64,000 nucleotides of DNA from contig JAPMXV010000054.1 of assembly GCA_026936335.1 (NCBI GenBank), positions 248,001 to 312,000 on the forward strand, in the 5' to 3' direction. Both the position numbers and the translations under genes were made by a program. Positions within the stretch are counted from its first letter, which is position 1. The number at the start of each line of letters is the position of its first letter. The stretch comes from Mantamonas sphyraenae STR306 (lineage: Eukaryota; Protista; CRuMs). The notes under the pieces are model-generated. The model ran no database searches. It saw only the letters and a list, made by a program, of their open reading frames with translations, and was not told the origin of the DNA. Shown here in pieces: positions 53,299 to 64,000 of this stretch.

Positions 53299-54828
53299 AT
53301 GTCATCATCATCATCATCATCATCCTCGTCCGGGTATGGGTGGACGTGGTCCGCCAACGCAGTCCATCGCGAGACGGCGCCTCTGGACATGGAGGAGCGT
53401 ACGGACAGCAAGCTGAACAAGCGGCTTTCCAAGAAGCTGTGCCAGGCGAACGACGAGTATGCAGGGATGCTTCAGTGTGTGCCTCGCTGGATGGAAAAGC
53501 AGAAACAAAGCAGTTCCGAGGAGGCCAAGGAGAGTGTCGAGTCACCGCTGGACGTTGCCATGAGCCAGGTGCAGGCTCTGCTGGACAAATTTGTTGAGCT
53601 GCACGTCACAGGCAACATGGACGAGGCCCAGGAACACACACATATGGTTGTGCTTGCATATGGCTCAGCAAGCATGGGTCTGTTTTCACCCACACAAGGA
53701 GACCTGGACCTTGTCGTGGTGTGTTCGTCTCGCGTGGGCAACGAGGCCTTCTTCGAGGCCTTCCCCGCCTTTCTGGAAGAGAAGTGCAACAATGAGGTGG
53801 CTAATGTGGTGGCTTTGCCCGATATCTACGTGCCACTGGTCAAGATGGATCTGTGCGAGAGCGGAACGGCGGTGGACCTGTCGTTTGCCCCGCTGAGTGT
53901 CGATTCCCTGGAAGAGATCAACCTTCAACTGCAGTGCAACCAAGATGGGCTCGACGGCGTACTGGAAGCCATTGAGCATCTGGATTCGACGGTATTGGGA
54001 CCGCTGCAGGGAGTGCAGGACGTGATCCACTTGGTGATGCACGTCCCACACGTTCGGCGCTTCCGGGCCTTGCTGCTCACGGTGCGTCACTGGGCCAAGC
54101 AACGGGGAGTGTACGGCAACACGGACGGTTTCATGCCCGGGGTGTCCTGGGCGGTGATGGCAAGCAGGACGTGCCAGATGTTTCCCAACTACGACACGTT
54201 CCATCTGCTTGCGGCGTTCTTTCGCCTCTTTGCACAATGGGGATGGCCTCATGCAGTGGCTCCATGTGACTGGGACGCAGAGCTGTTTTCCTTCTGGAAT
54301 CCCGGCGCAATCAAGAAGCAAAAGTTGCAGAAGATGCCGGTAATCACGGCCACGGCAATGACAACACGCTATGTCACGCGCAGCACAGCCGACATCCTTC
54401 TGGATGAGTTGCGACGTGCAGAACTGCACATGGAAGAGGTGCTCAGCAAGAAGGCCAAGCTGGAAGAGTTGTGGGAACCCAACCAGTTTGCCTGGATGTA
54501 CGCACACTACCTGCGCATCCGCCTCGACCCAAACGACGGCGCAGTATGGATGGGTTACGTACGTTCCAAGCTCATCTTTATGCTCGTTCTGCAAATGGAA
54601 ATGGTGGACTCTGTGGAGCGCATCCACCCGCACTTTGTCGCTGACGATGACATCCTGCTCGGCGTGCGCATGAACACCTCCTCGGGCACCTCGGGCATCC
54701 TCTCGGACACTCGAGTGCGCAGCGTCGTGCAACATTTCGTCTCTGACGTCAGCAAGAGCTTCCACGGCAAGGCGGGGCAAATTGCCATCCAAGAGGTCGA
54801 GCCCGAAAGCATCCATGTCGACTACTAA
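53299..54828 (+). CDS. PAP: Canonical-type poly(A) polymerase-like nucleotidyltransferase (divergent); start uncertain (53299 or 53389)
   Basis: YGS..MG....GDLDLV, YVPLVKM, VDLSFA, RHWAKQRGVYGN..GF.PGVSWAVM..RTCQMFPN, FF..FAQWGWP, MPVIT. Confidence 0.82.
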   Translation: MSSSSSSSSSSGYGWTWSANAVHRETAPLDMEERTDSKLNKRLSKKLCQANDEYAGMLQCVPRWMEKQKQSSSEEAKESVESPLDVAMSQVQALLDKFVELHVTGNMDEAQEHTHMVVLAYGSASMGLFSPTQGDLDLVVVCSSRVGNEAFFEAFPAFLEEKCNNEVANVVALPDIYVPLVKMDLCESGTAVDLSFAPLSVDSLEEINLQLQCNQDGLDGVLEAIEHLDSTVLGPLQGVQDVIHLVMHVPHVRRFRALLLTVRHWAKQRGVYGNTDGFMPGVSWAVMASRTCQMFPNYDTFHLLAAFFRLFAQWGWPHAVAPCDWDAELFSFWNPGAIKKQKLQKMPVITATAMTTRYVTRSTADILLDELRRAELHMEEVLSKKAKLEELWEPNQFAWMYAHYLRIRLDPNDGAVWMGYVRSKLIFMLVLQMEMVDSVERIHPHFVADDDILLGVRMNTSSGTSGILSDTRVRSVVQHFVSDVSKSFHGKAGQIAIQEVEPESIHVDY

Positions 54829-54830
54829 TC

Positions 54831-55684
54831 TCAGCTTTCTTCCACTACCACATCATCCACTCCGTCGGCTTGATCTTCTTCATCCTCCTCCTCCGGCGCG
54901 ATAAACTTGCTCTCCCAATCCTGAAGCTGGGCAGCCTGCTCGTCGTCCAACCCGTCTTCAAACTGTCCACTGATCTGCAGCCCACCAGCCATCATTGCCT
55001 GAATAAGAGCCATGTCTTCGTCTGCAAACGCAGAGGACATACCGTCAGCGTAATCATCACCATCGCCTGAGGATGGCGCTTGAAAAATGATCCCTCCAAC
55101 AGCTGCCTGTTCGTCGTCGCCTGCAACGTCGTCATAGGCCACTTCAGTTTCTGCACCGTCGTCGGGGTTCAGAGAGGCCGCTGTGCACATCGCATCAAAG
55201 ATTTCCTGGACTGTAAGGTTGTGTGAGCGAGTTGGAGGAAAGTGGACGAGGTGGAAACTGGGCCCGGACACATACCCTGGTCGACGTCGGATGGGACAAT
55301 CATGAGGACAGTGATGCTTCCAAGGGGTAAACTGTCCCCGGTGGAGTCGGCGGTCTCCTCGTTGTCATGCTGCTCCTGCCCCTGGTCGTCGTCGGCAAAA
55401 GCGTCGCTTGGATCGACGTCGAGCTGGCAGTACACGCACGGGGCGTCAAAGGACTCGCGAGAGACGGCGTGGATGACGATGTCTGGAAACGAGACGGCGT
55501 ACGCGTCGTCGTTGGCGTCCTCAGCTGCGCGCCAGGCAAGCTGGGAGGTTGTGACGAACAGCGTGCCTGCTCCGTGGTCCTCCGATGCCTCTCCGTCGCC
55601 CATGCGCCACACTACATCCTTCACAGTGCACAATAGCTGGGAATCCTCGCTTTCAGGAGTCCACTCCGTCTCGAGGCGGTGCAT
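54831..55684 (-). CDS. CLNS1A: pICln / methylosome subunit (Voldacs domain), 2 exons
   Basis: GAGTLFVTTSQLAW, FPDIVIHAVSR, PCVYCQL, IVPSD, QEIFDAMCTAASLNPD, GQFED. Confidence 0.88.
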
Positions 55685-55769
55685 GGCGGACGGAGACGAC
55701 GGGTTGCCGTCCACCGCGCACGGGCCACCAACACTGTGCATAGACGAGGAGGGAAAAAGCAAGCAAATT

Positions 55770-57033
55770 ATGAAAATACACTGGCTAGTTGTCATGTATG
55801 CGGTAGCTGTGGCCGTGTACGTGTTTCTGGGCCAGCAGAGGCCGCCAGCAGAGGAAATTCGGGAGAACAACAGAGTTATTGTTCTGATGTGCTACAAGCG
55901 GGTGGACTCGCTGCTGCAAACGCTGGCGAGCTTAAAGTCGCTGCAGGGGATTGACAAGTATCATCTGGTGGTGACGCAGACGGTGGACCCGGACGAGCCG
56001 CATTTTTTCGAGGTGACGTCTGGGATTCTGCGCGCGAATCTGACGTTTATGGAGTACACACACATCAAAACGGACATGCTGGCACATGATGGCAGCTTCT
56101 CTGTGAATCAGGTACGTAGGGATGGGGAGGGCGGCAGAGGGAAGCGTGCAAGGACGGGAGAGAGAAGCTGACGTGTGGGACCACTGGCACAGCGCAAGTA
56201 CGGCAGCAAGAGAAACTCCATCGCGAATATGATCAACGGGGTGGAGTATGCGTACCACAAGTTCCCCAAGGCCGAGTTTATGATGGTGAGTGAGGGAGCG
56301 GGGGTACGGGGTGCTCCCTGAATGGAAACGGCTGACGTGTCACGGATCACAGATCATGGAAGACGACGTAGTGATGTCACCAGACATCCTGAACTACTTT
56401 GAACGGTGCAAGACCATCATGCGGGAGGACAAGCGTATCACGTTTGCGACGTCGTACTACATCTTCCGCGGGACGCATCCGTACTTTGACCACATCCGGT
56501 GGGAACACCATCTGCCGCGGTACCGACCAAACCCTATGAGTATTCTGACGATGGAGCAGCGGACGACGACTTTCAAGACGTTCTTCTGGATGATGCGGCG
56601 TTCGGTGCTGCCAAAGATGTCGCGGGACTTTCGGGGGATGGTGAAGCACAGGGGCGAAACCCTGCACGAGCTGTTCAAGGGCTGTGAGTACTGCGAAAAC
56701 TACTGCTATGACCACTGGGTGGAATGGGTGTATCGAGGGACACGTATCCTGGTGCCCGAGGTCCCGCGTGCGGCGCAGTACAGCGTGGGAGGCATGACCA
56801 CGCCCGAGGACAAGCGCGGAGAGAAGGTGCTGTCCAACTACTACAACGAGCGCATGATTGAAGAGGACGAGTACATCGAAATGGGCCCCATGTCGAGGTT
56901 TGCCGTCCTCGTCAACGCCGTCGCCGCCACAGCGATTGCCTTGCTCTTTCTCAATGTCATTGGACGCATTGTCCTACAACTGCTGGGAGATCGTGCAGCC
57001 GGGTGGGCCATACCCCAGACGAAGAATTTGTGA
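55770..57033 (+). CDS. GT-A fold glycosyltransferase, GT13 (GnT-I/POMGnT1)-like, 3 exons
   Basis: N-terminal signal anchor; VIVLMCYKRVDSL.QTL.SL; IMEDDVVMSPDILNYF; YDHW; ILVPEVPR. Introns at ~56112-56192 and ~56287-56352. Extra C-terminal hydrophobic helix. Confidence 0.7.
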
Positions 57034-57426
57034 CGGAGTGTGGTCGAGCGAAAATGAACGGCAACTTCTTTCAGGATTTTCATTTCCGGTTGTGCGAGTT
57101 TGCAAGGGTGAACAATGTGATGACAACGTGATGGACACGCATCTGTGGGTTGGAAGTCGACAGTACTTGGCACAGCTGCGCACGACTCAAGGAGAGAGGA
57201 AAACCACGCTGCAAATTTTTTCCTCTCTCGCAGGGTGTGGTGGACTGGAAGCACGGGTGCAACCTGCACATGTGAGACGTATGTAGTGTAGAGTCCATTG
57301 GATAGCACGTGGACGTCAGCAGGTGGATGCCATTCCAACGTCGGCTGCTCGGCGTGGTCGCAGTATATGTAGAGCATTGTCAAAATTCGAGATCATGTAT
57401 CACGCGTGCGATGCCGCGAGGACATA

Positions 57427-57509
57427 GTCAGTATGGCCGAGTGGTTAAGGCGGCGGACTTGAAATCCGCTGGTGGAAACGCCGCGTAGGTTCGAACCCTG
57501 CTGCTGACG
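57427..57509 (+). tRNA. trnS-UGA: tRNA-Ser(UGA)
   Basis: Acceptor stem GTCAGTA/TGCTGAC with G discriminator; D-arm TGGCCGAGTGGTTAAGGC; anticodon arm GCGGA-CTTGAAA-TCCGC; long variable arm; GGTTCGAACCC T-loop. Confidence 0.96.
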
Positions 57510-57516
57510 AGATCTC

Positions 57517-57523
57517 TTTTTTT
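57517..57523 (+). terminator. RNA polymerase III oligo-T terminator
   Basis: Run of seven T, 7 nt after the tRNA. Confidence 0.8.
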
Positions 57524-57640
57524 GTCCCTTTCGATGCTCAGCGAGCGTTGGTGCTCTGAAGGAGAACATGAAGAGAGAAGACGTTGAAAGAACAACTGGA
57601 ACGCATGGGAAAGCTCTGCGGAGACGCAGGCAGCTGATTG

Positions 57641-58896
57641 ATGTCGTCGACGCTGCAGGCCACGGTGTTTGTGCTCGGATTGAGCAACACAGGCAAGTCG
57701 GCACTCCTCGCTCGGGAGGTGCAGAAAGAGTTTTTTGGAGGACACGATGCGACGGAGCGAGTGGAGGGCCACACGTGGCGGCGTGCGCTCGGGGAACAGG
57801 CTGGGGCGTTGAAAATGCACGGGTGGGAGGTGCCGATGGTGGCGTATCCGCAGGGTCTGAAGCAGGAGACATACAGTGATATGGTCCACGTGTTGTTGGT
57901 ACTCTCCTTTGACGACTTGGCGTCGTTCCAGGCTCTGGATCTGCTTGCTGCCGGGGCGCGGGAGGCGCATCCCAGTGCGACGTTGTGGCTGGTGGCCAAC
58001 AAGAGGGACGTGGACGAGGCGCACTGGCGAGTGAGCGAGGCAGAAGTGGAAGCAAAGGCAGTGCAGATGGGATTGGAGATGGCCATGATCTCGTGTGCAG
58101 AGGGTGGAGAGGGCGGGGGTGTGGATGCGTTGTTTGCGCGCGTTGCCGAGGCGTGTGCAGCTGCACGGCTGCACGCACAGCAGTTCAACCCAAAGTTCTT
58201 TTCTGCACACGTGTCTGCACTGTGCAAGGTTGCCAGCAAGAGTGGCCACCTTGCGGTGGACGGGAAGGATCGCTTTTGCGTGCTTGCAGACGCCACACTG
58301 CACCAGTTTGCAAGCACAATGGACAGTGAAGGAGTGACTGTGGATGTGGTCAGTTGCACTGTGACCGGCACGCAGGATCCAGAAACACTGCAGATCATCA
58401 CACCCAACCGCAGCCTTGCTCTGCGTGCACCCAACGCGGAGGAGGCTGTGGCCTGGCTGGAGGTCTTGCGTGAGACGCAGGCCGCACAAGCGGGCCGAAA
58501 GACAGTTGGTACATCCATGGATCTGCACGACGGGGTCATCAAGGGACCGCTGAAGATCCAAGGCAAGTTGGGGCGATGGCTGGCGAGACACGCAGAGGTC
58601 AGCCAGGGGTTTCTGAAACTGTACAAGAAGAAGGAAGACAGTATGGCCAACGAGGTGTTGGATCTGCTGACTTGCTCCCTGCGCGAGGTGGATGGGAAGC
58701 GGCAGGTGTTTGAATTGATTTCGCTGAACGGCAGTCGCGTCTTTCAAGCACCCGATGACGTCGCCTACGCCAAGTGGACGGTGGGACTCCATGTGGCCAT
58801 CCAAGCGGTGGTGGAAGCCACGCTGGGAGGTGGCGAAGAGGGCGAATGGGGCGAGAGCGTCGGGACACCCAGCAAATCGGGCACCGGCAACAGCAG

Positions 58897-58936
<40 letters not shown>

Positions 58937-59707
58937 GCTACCATCGAGTGTGAGATGGAAGGTGCAGTGTGGAAGCGCAGTGAGCACGGACAATGGCAGG
59001 AGCGATACGCACGGCTTGTGGGTGAGAACCTGTTGCTGTACAGAGAGGCAAAGGCTACGACGGCAAGCAAGTGCATTGGGCTGTTGCTGTGTTCAGTGCG
59101 CCTGGGTGACGGGCAGCACGGACGAGAGCACGCGCTTGAGGTCGTGTCGCCGAGCAGGACGTACGAGTTGGCGTTTGACACGCGAGTGGACCTGCAACGA
59201 TGGGTGGAAGTGTTGAGTGCAGCCACAGTGCGATTGATGGAGGAGCGTCTGGCGTCGACATTGACACGTAGGCGCAACACAGTCGTCGACGGCGACGGAA
59301 GTGCCGTGGTTCGTCTGGCCAAGAGTGTGGAGCCAGCAGAGGGATGGGAGGAGCGTGTGGCTGCCGTGCGTGCCATGGAAGGCAACGAGGCGTGTTGCGA
59401 CTGCCGCGGCACGGATGGAGTCACATGGGCGTCCATCACCCATGGAATTCTTCTGTGCGCCGCATGTGCAGGTATCCATCGGTCCCTAGGCACACATGTG
59501 TCCCAAGTGCGCTCGCTGGACTTGGATGTGTGGACAGAGAGCAACCTGGAGGCCATGGAAGTGGGCAACACTCGAGCCAACGAGATTTGGGAGGCTCGCA
59601 TGAGTGAGGAGGCTCGTCTGGGATCAGACGTGGATATGGATGCGCGCAAAGAGTTTATTCGGCGCAAGTACGTGGAGTTGGAATGGTTTGGTGCCCAGTT
59701 GGAGTGA
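57641..59707 (+). CDS. Ras-like GTPase domain, three PH domains and ArfGAP (AGAP/centaurin-like)
   Basis: GLSNTGKS, VANKRD, ISCA; three PH-like blocks ending ...AWLEVL, ...KWTVGL and ...RWVEVL; CCDC-x16-CAACAGIHRSLGTHVSQVRSLDLD. Confidence 0.88.
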
Positions 59708-59749
59708 GGGACGCCTTGGAGACCTCGAGTCGCCATCGCGACCAGAAAT

Positions 59750-61335
59750 ATGAGCTCAGAAATAGAGGTGGAGGATTTGCATTCGTTCTCGCTTGTGTTT
59801 CCTACGAATGTTTACGGCACTTGCTTGGTGGACGACGAACTGTTGATCGCCAGCGCGACGGAGGTGTTGAACATCGGCGTTGAGCGAGCACAGCGCACAA
59901 AGACGACGAAGCGCAAACGCAAAAACAGCAAGTCGAGTGGGTCGAATCGATCGACAGGGGACTTTTTGCCATCGTTCAGCAACCGTACATGGCGTCTGGG
60001 CCGGTTGCAGGTGTTTAATCTCCCGCGTGAGTTTGTTTGTCGCTTGTGCACGGGATGGGTAGGGAGATGCGCGGTGGACTGACAGCGAGAGGAACACGGG
60101 GACACAGAGGAGGGGACCATCTTGTCTGTGGATGCCATCGACATGCAGGATCAGGTGTACGTAGCGTTGGCAGCGATCCAGTCGCGCAAGGGCGCCTTTT
60201 TGCAGGTCGCCGTGTGGGACGGCACGAGCGCATTTGGCAGCCAGGACAAGGGGGCAGTGATCCGCTTGAATTATTATCCATTCCAGGTGTCGCATGTGGT
60301 GTAGGTTGCGAGGGGAGGAGGGCGAGGGAAGGGAAAGTGGTCGTGGTGGGGGCACGTGAATCGAGACACTGACGCTCTGACGCACTGCGCCCCACACACA
60401 GCGTCAACAACCAACCATTCCTGTTGGTGGGTGGCAGCGATGGCCGTGTACACATTTACAACCAGTTGCAAGGGTCCGAAGACTTTGTGGAGATTGAGGA
60501 GCACAAAGATCTGCCCGAGTTCAACCAGGGCTTTCAGACAGCGCCGACGAGCGTGTCGATCTACGCCGACGAAGAACAACGTGTGGTGGCCATCGGATGC
60601 GTGGATGGATACACATGGGTGGGTCGTGTGGCCACAGATGCCAGCGGGCAGGTGTTGGACGGGGAAACCATGGTGGAGGATTCCATCTTTTTGGACGGGC
60701 CCATTGCACGTGTGATGGTGTACAATACGGCACAGAGCGAGCTGGACACGAGACACAGGCTGGTGGAGCTGGTGGAGACACAGTTGGAAGAGGCACGTGG
60801 AGAGGAGGAGGACGGAATCCACTTGTCGGTGTGCGGAGCGCTTGGGTTTGCCACTGTGTTTCGCAACGTCATCACGTCGCTGTTTACAGACGCAGAGATG
60901 TTGGACGAGTCAGACCAGCACGACAGCGCATTGTGTTCGACGGTGATGGATGTCGATCTGGATGGCCGACTCGAGCTGGTGTATGGGTTCCACAGTGGGC
61001 AGGTCATCGTGTACCAAGAGCGAGAGCGCAGCAACGGGAGCAGCAGTGGGAGTAGCAGTGGGAACGATGGAGGCCAGAACGAGCAAGGAGGAGAGGTACA
61101 GGAATCACGATACGAGATTCTGTGGCAGAGGCAGTTTTCCGAACCTGTGCTTGCCTTGAATGTGGTGGACGTGACAAACGACGGCCTGGAGGAGCTTGTG
61201 GTGACCACGCAAAGCAGCGTGCATGTGTTGCAGATGAGCATGGAGGAAGCAGCTGTGAAGCTGGCCATGCGACTGCGTGTCCTCAGCCAGCGTGTGGCCA
61301 GCGGAAAGATGGCAGAGCTGGAGAAAATGTACTAG
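59750..61335 (+). CDS. KPTN: Kaptin (KICSTOR complex subunit), 3 exons
   Basis: FSL..PTNVYG, LVGGSDGRVHIY, VAIGCVDG, DGPIARV, SDQHDSALC..DVDLDGRLEL..G..GQV, WQRQFSEPV, DVTNDGLEELVV.T..SVHVLQ. Introns at ~60027-60085 and ~60287-60401. Confidence 0.85.
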
Positions 61336-61373
61336 GATGCATTGATGCGGTTTGTGTGTGTGTGTGTGTGGGG

Positions 61374-62232
61374 TCACTGCTCCTTGGCAAAGCGCTCGAT
61401 GCGCTGGCGCTTCTTCTGGTCCTCGAGGCTGAGGAAGCGTTCTTCACGCTGGCGCTTCTTCTCCTCAAGTTCCTGAGCAGAGATGCTGGGCTTGGCAATC
61501 GCGTTGGAGTTTGTGCCTGTGGTGGTGCTGCCGTTGCTGCCCTTTTTGGCGCTGGAGGAGGTTGTGGGCAGCGGGCCGTACTTGGCCAGTCGCTCGCGCT
61601 TCTTGATCTCTGCTGCGACGGACTGCAAGGCGGGGAGGTGGGGGGGGAGGTTGTAAGCATGGGCTCAGCCAATGGAATCGCAGGGCAAATCATCACATGA
61701 GAGGATGGACTCGAGGGGCACGTACAGGATCGACAGGCTGGCCGAAACGCTCTGCGCGCGTCTGCATGGCCCGCAGCTGCTCCAGAGACAGGTTGTCGAA
61801 GGAGCGTTTGGAGTTGGAGCGTTTGGATGAAGTGGCTGTGGCAACAGCGCCGGGTTTGGCGGTCTTGGCAGTCTTGGCAGCGGCAGAGCTGCTGCTGGAG
61901 GAGGTGGACAGGCCAAAGCGGGCGGCGCGGAGGGCTTCGCGCTCGTCAGCGGAAAGAGCCACTCGAGCGTTGAGAGAGACAACCTTGGAGGAGGCGGATG
62001 ATTTGGAGGAAGCGGACGTCGATGCTTGCTCTTCCTGAGCCTGTTTCTGGGCCTCGTTGTCGTCGTCCTCCTCCTTCTCCAGGGCCTCGAGTTCCTGCTC
62101 GAGGGCGTCGACATCTTGGTCAGCGTCGTCTTGCTCGTTCTCGGCTTCGTCCACGTCCACTTCCACCTCGGGCTCAGGCTCGGGTTCCGGATCGGCTTTG
62201 CGGCGACGAGAGGATCTGCGTTTGGCGGGCAT
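61374..62232 (-). CDS. Tho1/MOS11/SARNP-like protein (repeated R-x-x-RFG motifs), 2 exons
   Basis: Acidic N-terminus; RAARFG, RAERFG, RLAKYG, REERF, RIERFA. Intron at ~61722-61625. Confidence 0.55.
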
Positions 62233-62311
62233 GGATTCGGGTGTTGTGTGTGGGGGGGGGGGTTTGGGGTTTGCGCTGGTTGGCGCAGCTCCCTCTCGCA
62301 CTTTTGACAAA

Positions 62312-63850
62312 ATGGATCGGCCAGCTGTGTATGCTGTGCTGGCAACAGGGCTGCTGGGAGATGTGTTGCCGCTGGTGGAGCTTGCCGGACAGCTTGCGGC
62401 GCAGGACCACGGGCCAACGGTGCGCGTGTTTTCACACGCAAGCCTGCAGCCCTGGTTTGCCGAGGTCTGCCGGACGGGACTGGACTTTGTGGAGTTGGAA
62501 GGGGACCCAGGAGCGCTGATGCGTGACTTGAAACTGGTTGGAGCTCTGTTTGACGGACGCACCATTGAATTCTCCTCACAAGTGAGCGAGAACGAAGCCG
62601 AAGCCCTGGCCTCAACCCTTGCTCAGGTCACGGAACACTTTGACGGAGTGGAGGCCATTGTGACATGTTTGGCACTGTGTAGCATTGGCCAAAGCATGGC
62701 GCAGCGGCTTCAGTTGCCTCTGGCCTGCGTGCAGGTGACACCAGGGTTTGCAACGGGGGAATGGCCACACCCGTACGTCAGCATCGAAAAGTTGCCCTTT
62801 GCCTGGCTCAACCTCCTTTCCTACTCTCTGGCCTACTCGGTGCGCTGGGGTGCCCTCTCTCGTGATGTCAATGCATGGCGGGAGGAGTCGTTGAGTTTGC
62901 CACCCGTTCCGGAGTTTACCCCGGACGTGCCCACACTTGTGGCTGTGGATGAGGCCGTGGTGCCACGTGCATCCGACTGGCCTGCATATGTGGCCTGTGG
63001 GGGCTTCATTGCTCAACCGCAGATTCCGCCGCAGCTGCAGGAAGAGGGAAGGCTGAAGACACTGGCGGCGTTTCTTGAACGACACCAGAAGACGCCGCCG
63101 CTGTACGTGGGCTTTGGTTCGATGCTTCTTCCCGAACCCATGGAACTGGTGGGCAGGATAATGGATGCAGTGAAGGGTCTGGAGGTGGCTGTGGTGTTCC
63201 AGGGGGACGAGTCCAATCTGAGTGGTTGTCTGCCCGCACAGGATGACTCTGTACTGCTACTCGACACCTATGTGGATCACAGCTGGTTGTTTGCACAATG
63301 CAGCGGGGCAGTGCACCACGGAGGCGCAGGGACAACTGCAGCAGTGCTGCGTGCAGGGATACCGCAACTGCCGCTTCCCATGCTGCCGGAACAGAGATGG
63401 TGGGCTGCACGTGCACACACCCTAGGCGTCTGTCCAGAAGAGCCCATCCGTCTGTGTGATGTCACCACAGAGTGGTTGTCCCAGGCTCTGCCGACGCTGC
63501 TGCGTGCCGAGAGCGACTGTACAGAAGCGGCGCGTGAGGTGGCTGCCCAGATAGCGGCCCAGGGACGACAGGATGAACAAGACGATACCAATGGACGCCT
63601 GCATTGGCTTCACGAGCAACTGGAGGCACAACAGGAGAAAAGGGGCAAGAATGGGTGTGCATGGCAGCGGGACGAGGACGTGACACGCTGCCCGATTTGT
63701 CGCGTGGATTTCGGCCTGCTGGTACGCAAGCACCATTGCAGGGCGTGCGGTGCTGTGGTCTGTGATGATCATTCGCAGGGTCGCGTCAAGGGCCTTCCGG
63801 GATACCCAGCGAGTGGGGAGCAGCGAGTGTGCGACGGGTGCGTCGGGTGA
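62312..63850 (+). CDS. Sterol 3-beta-glucosyltransferase-like GT1 enzyme with a C-terminal FYVE finger
   Basis: GLLGDVLP, PPLYVGFGSM, HSWLFAQCSGAVHHGGAGTT; FYVE WQRDED..CPIC..F....RKHHCRACG.VVC..HS...RVCDGC. Confidence 0.9.
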   Translation: MDRPAVYAVLATGLLGDVLPLVELAGQLAAQDHGPTVRVFSHASLQPWFAEVCRTGLDFVELEGDPGALMRDLKLVGALFDGRTIEFSSQVSENEAEALASTLAQVTEHFDGVEAIVTCLALCSIGQSMAQRLQLPLACVQVTPGFATGEWPHPYVSIEKLPFAWLNLLSYSLAYSVRWGALSRDVNAWREESLSLPPVPEFTPDVPTLVAVDEAVVPRASDWPAYVACGGFIAQPQIPPQLQEEGRLKTLAAFLERHQKTPPLYVGFGSMLLPEPMELVGRIMDAVKGLEVAVVFQGDESNLSGCLPAQDDSVLLLDTYVDHSWLFAQCSGAVHHGGAGTTAAVLRAGIPQLPLPMLPEQRWWAARAHTLGVCPEEPIRLCDVTTEWLSQALPTLLRAESDCTEAAREVAAQIAAQGRQDEQDDTNGRLHWLHEQLEAQQEKRGKNGCAWQRDEDVTRCPICRVDFGLLVRKHHCRACGAVVCDDHSQGRVKGLPGYPASGEQRVCDGCVG

Positions 63851-63878
63851 CCCAACACACACACACACACACAAAGAC

Positions 63879-64000
63879 ATGCCCCAATATCTTATTCGCA
63901 GTGTTCTCGCAGGAGGGTTTGCAGCAGCGATGGGTCTTGCTGTGCTCAAGGGTAGCAGCAGCGGCGGTGTGGAGGATATGCAGATCCGAGTGACTGGTGT
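63879..64000 (+). CDS. Possible 5' end of the next gene (MPQYLIRSVLAGGFAAAMGLAVL...)
   Basis: ATG with a frame open to the window edge and a hydrophobic N-terminus; too short to identify. Confidence 0.35.
   Translation, partial: MPQYLIRSVLAGGFAAAMGLAVLKGSSSGGVEDMQIRVTG

Noticed and set aside
56841-57383. 180-aa minus-strand ORF between the glycosyltransferase and the tRNA
   Set aside because: It has no motifs and overlaps the glycosyltransferase 3' end antisense, so it cannot be supported as a gene.
57427-57509. tRNA with TGA in the anticodon loop as a possible selenocysteine or suppressor tRNA
   Set aside because: Anticodon UGA decodes UCA (Ser); tRNA-Sec would have anticodon UCA.

Overview
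This window is very compact, GC-rich eukaryotic DNA, probably from a protist, with short GT-AG spliceosomal introns and many intergenic gaps under 100 bp. It holds about 25 protein genes and one tRNA-Ser(UGA). In order: the 5' part of a giant HECTD4/MYCBP2/HERC-like gene that runs off the left edge and is missing from the ORF track, malic enzyme, GRASP, APC10, a fatty-acid elongase, ESF1, TVP38/TMEM64, a NEK2-like kinase, Sec16 with a large internal tandem repeat, AAMP/Sqt1, an IDI-like Nudix protein, a large multipass membrane protein, INTS7, a two-domain VOC protein, three ankyrin genes, a coiled-coil gene, MPDU1, CDK5RAP3, a poly(A) polymerase-like gene, pICln, a GT-A glycosyltransferase, a GTPase-PH-ArfGAP protein, kaptin, a Tho1/MOS11-like gene and a sterol glucosyltransferase-FYVE protein. 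The standout is a ~6.36 kb insertion (42126-48489) between two convergent host genes. It is flanked by TA dinucleotides and imperfect 22-bp CAG...CTG terminal inverted repeats, like Tc1/mariner ends. It encodes one intronless ~1,840-aa protein with a C-terminal Fanzor/TnpB-type RuvC plus zinc finger and an N-terminal region resembling a PIN/XPG(FEN1)-like nuclease. A structured 150-nt segment after the ORF is a candidate omega-RNA scaffold. All assignments come from motif recognition by eye; no searches were run.
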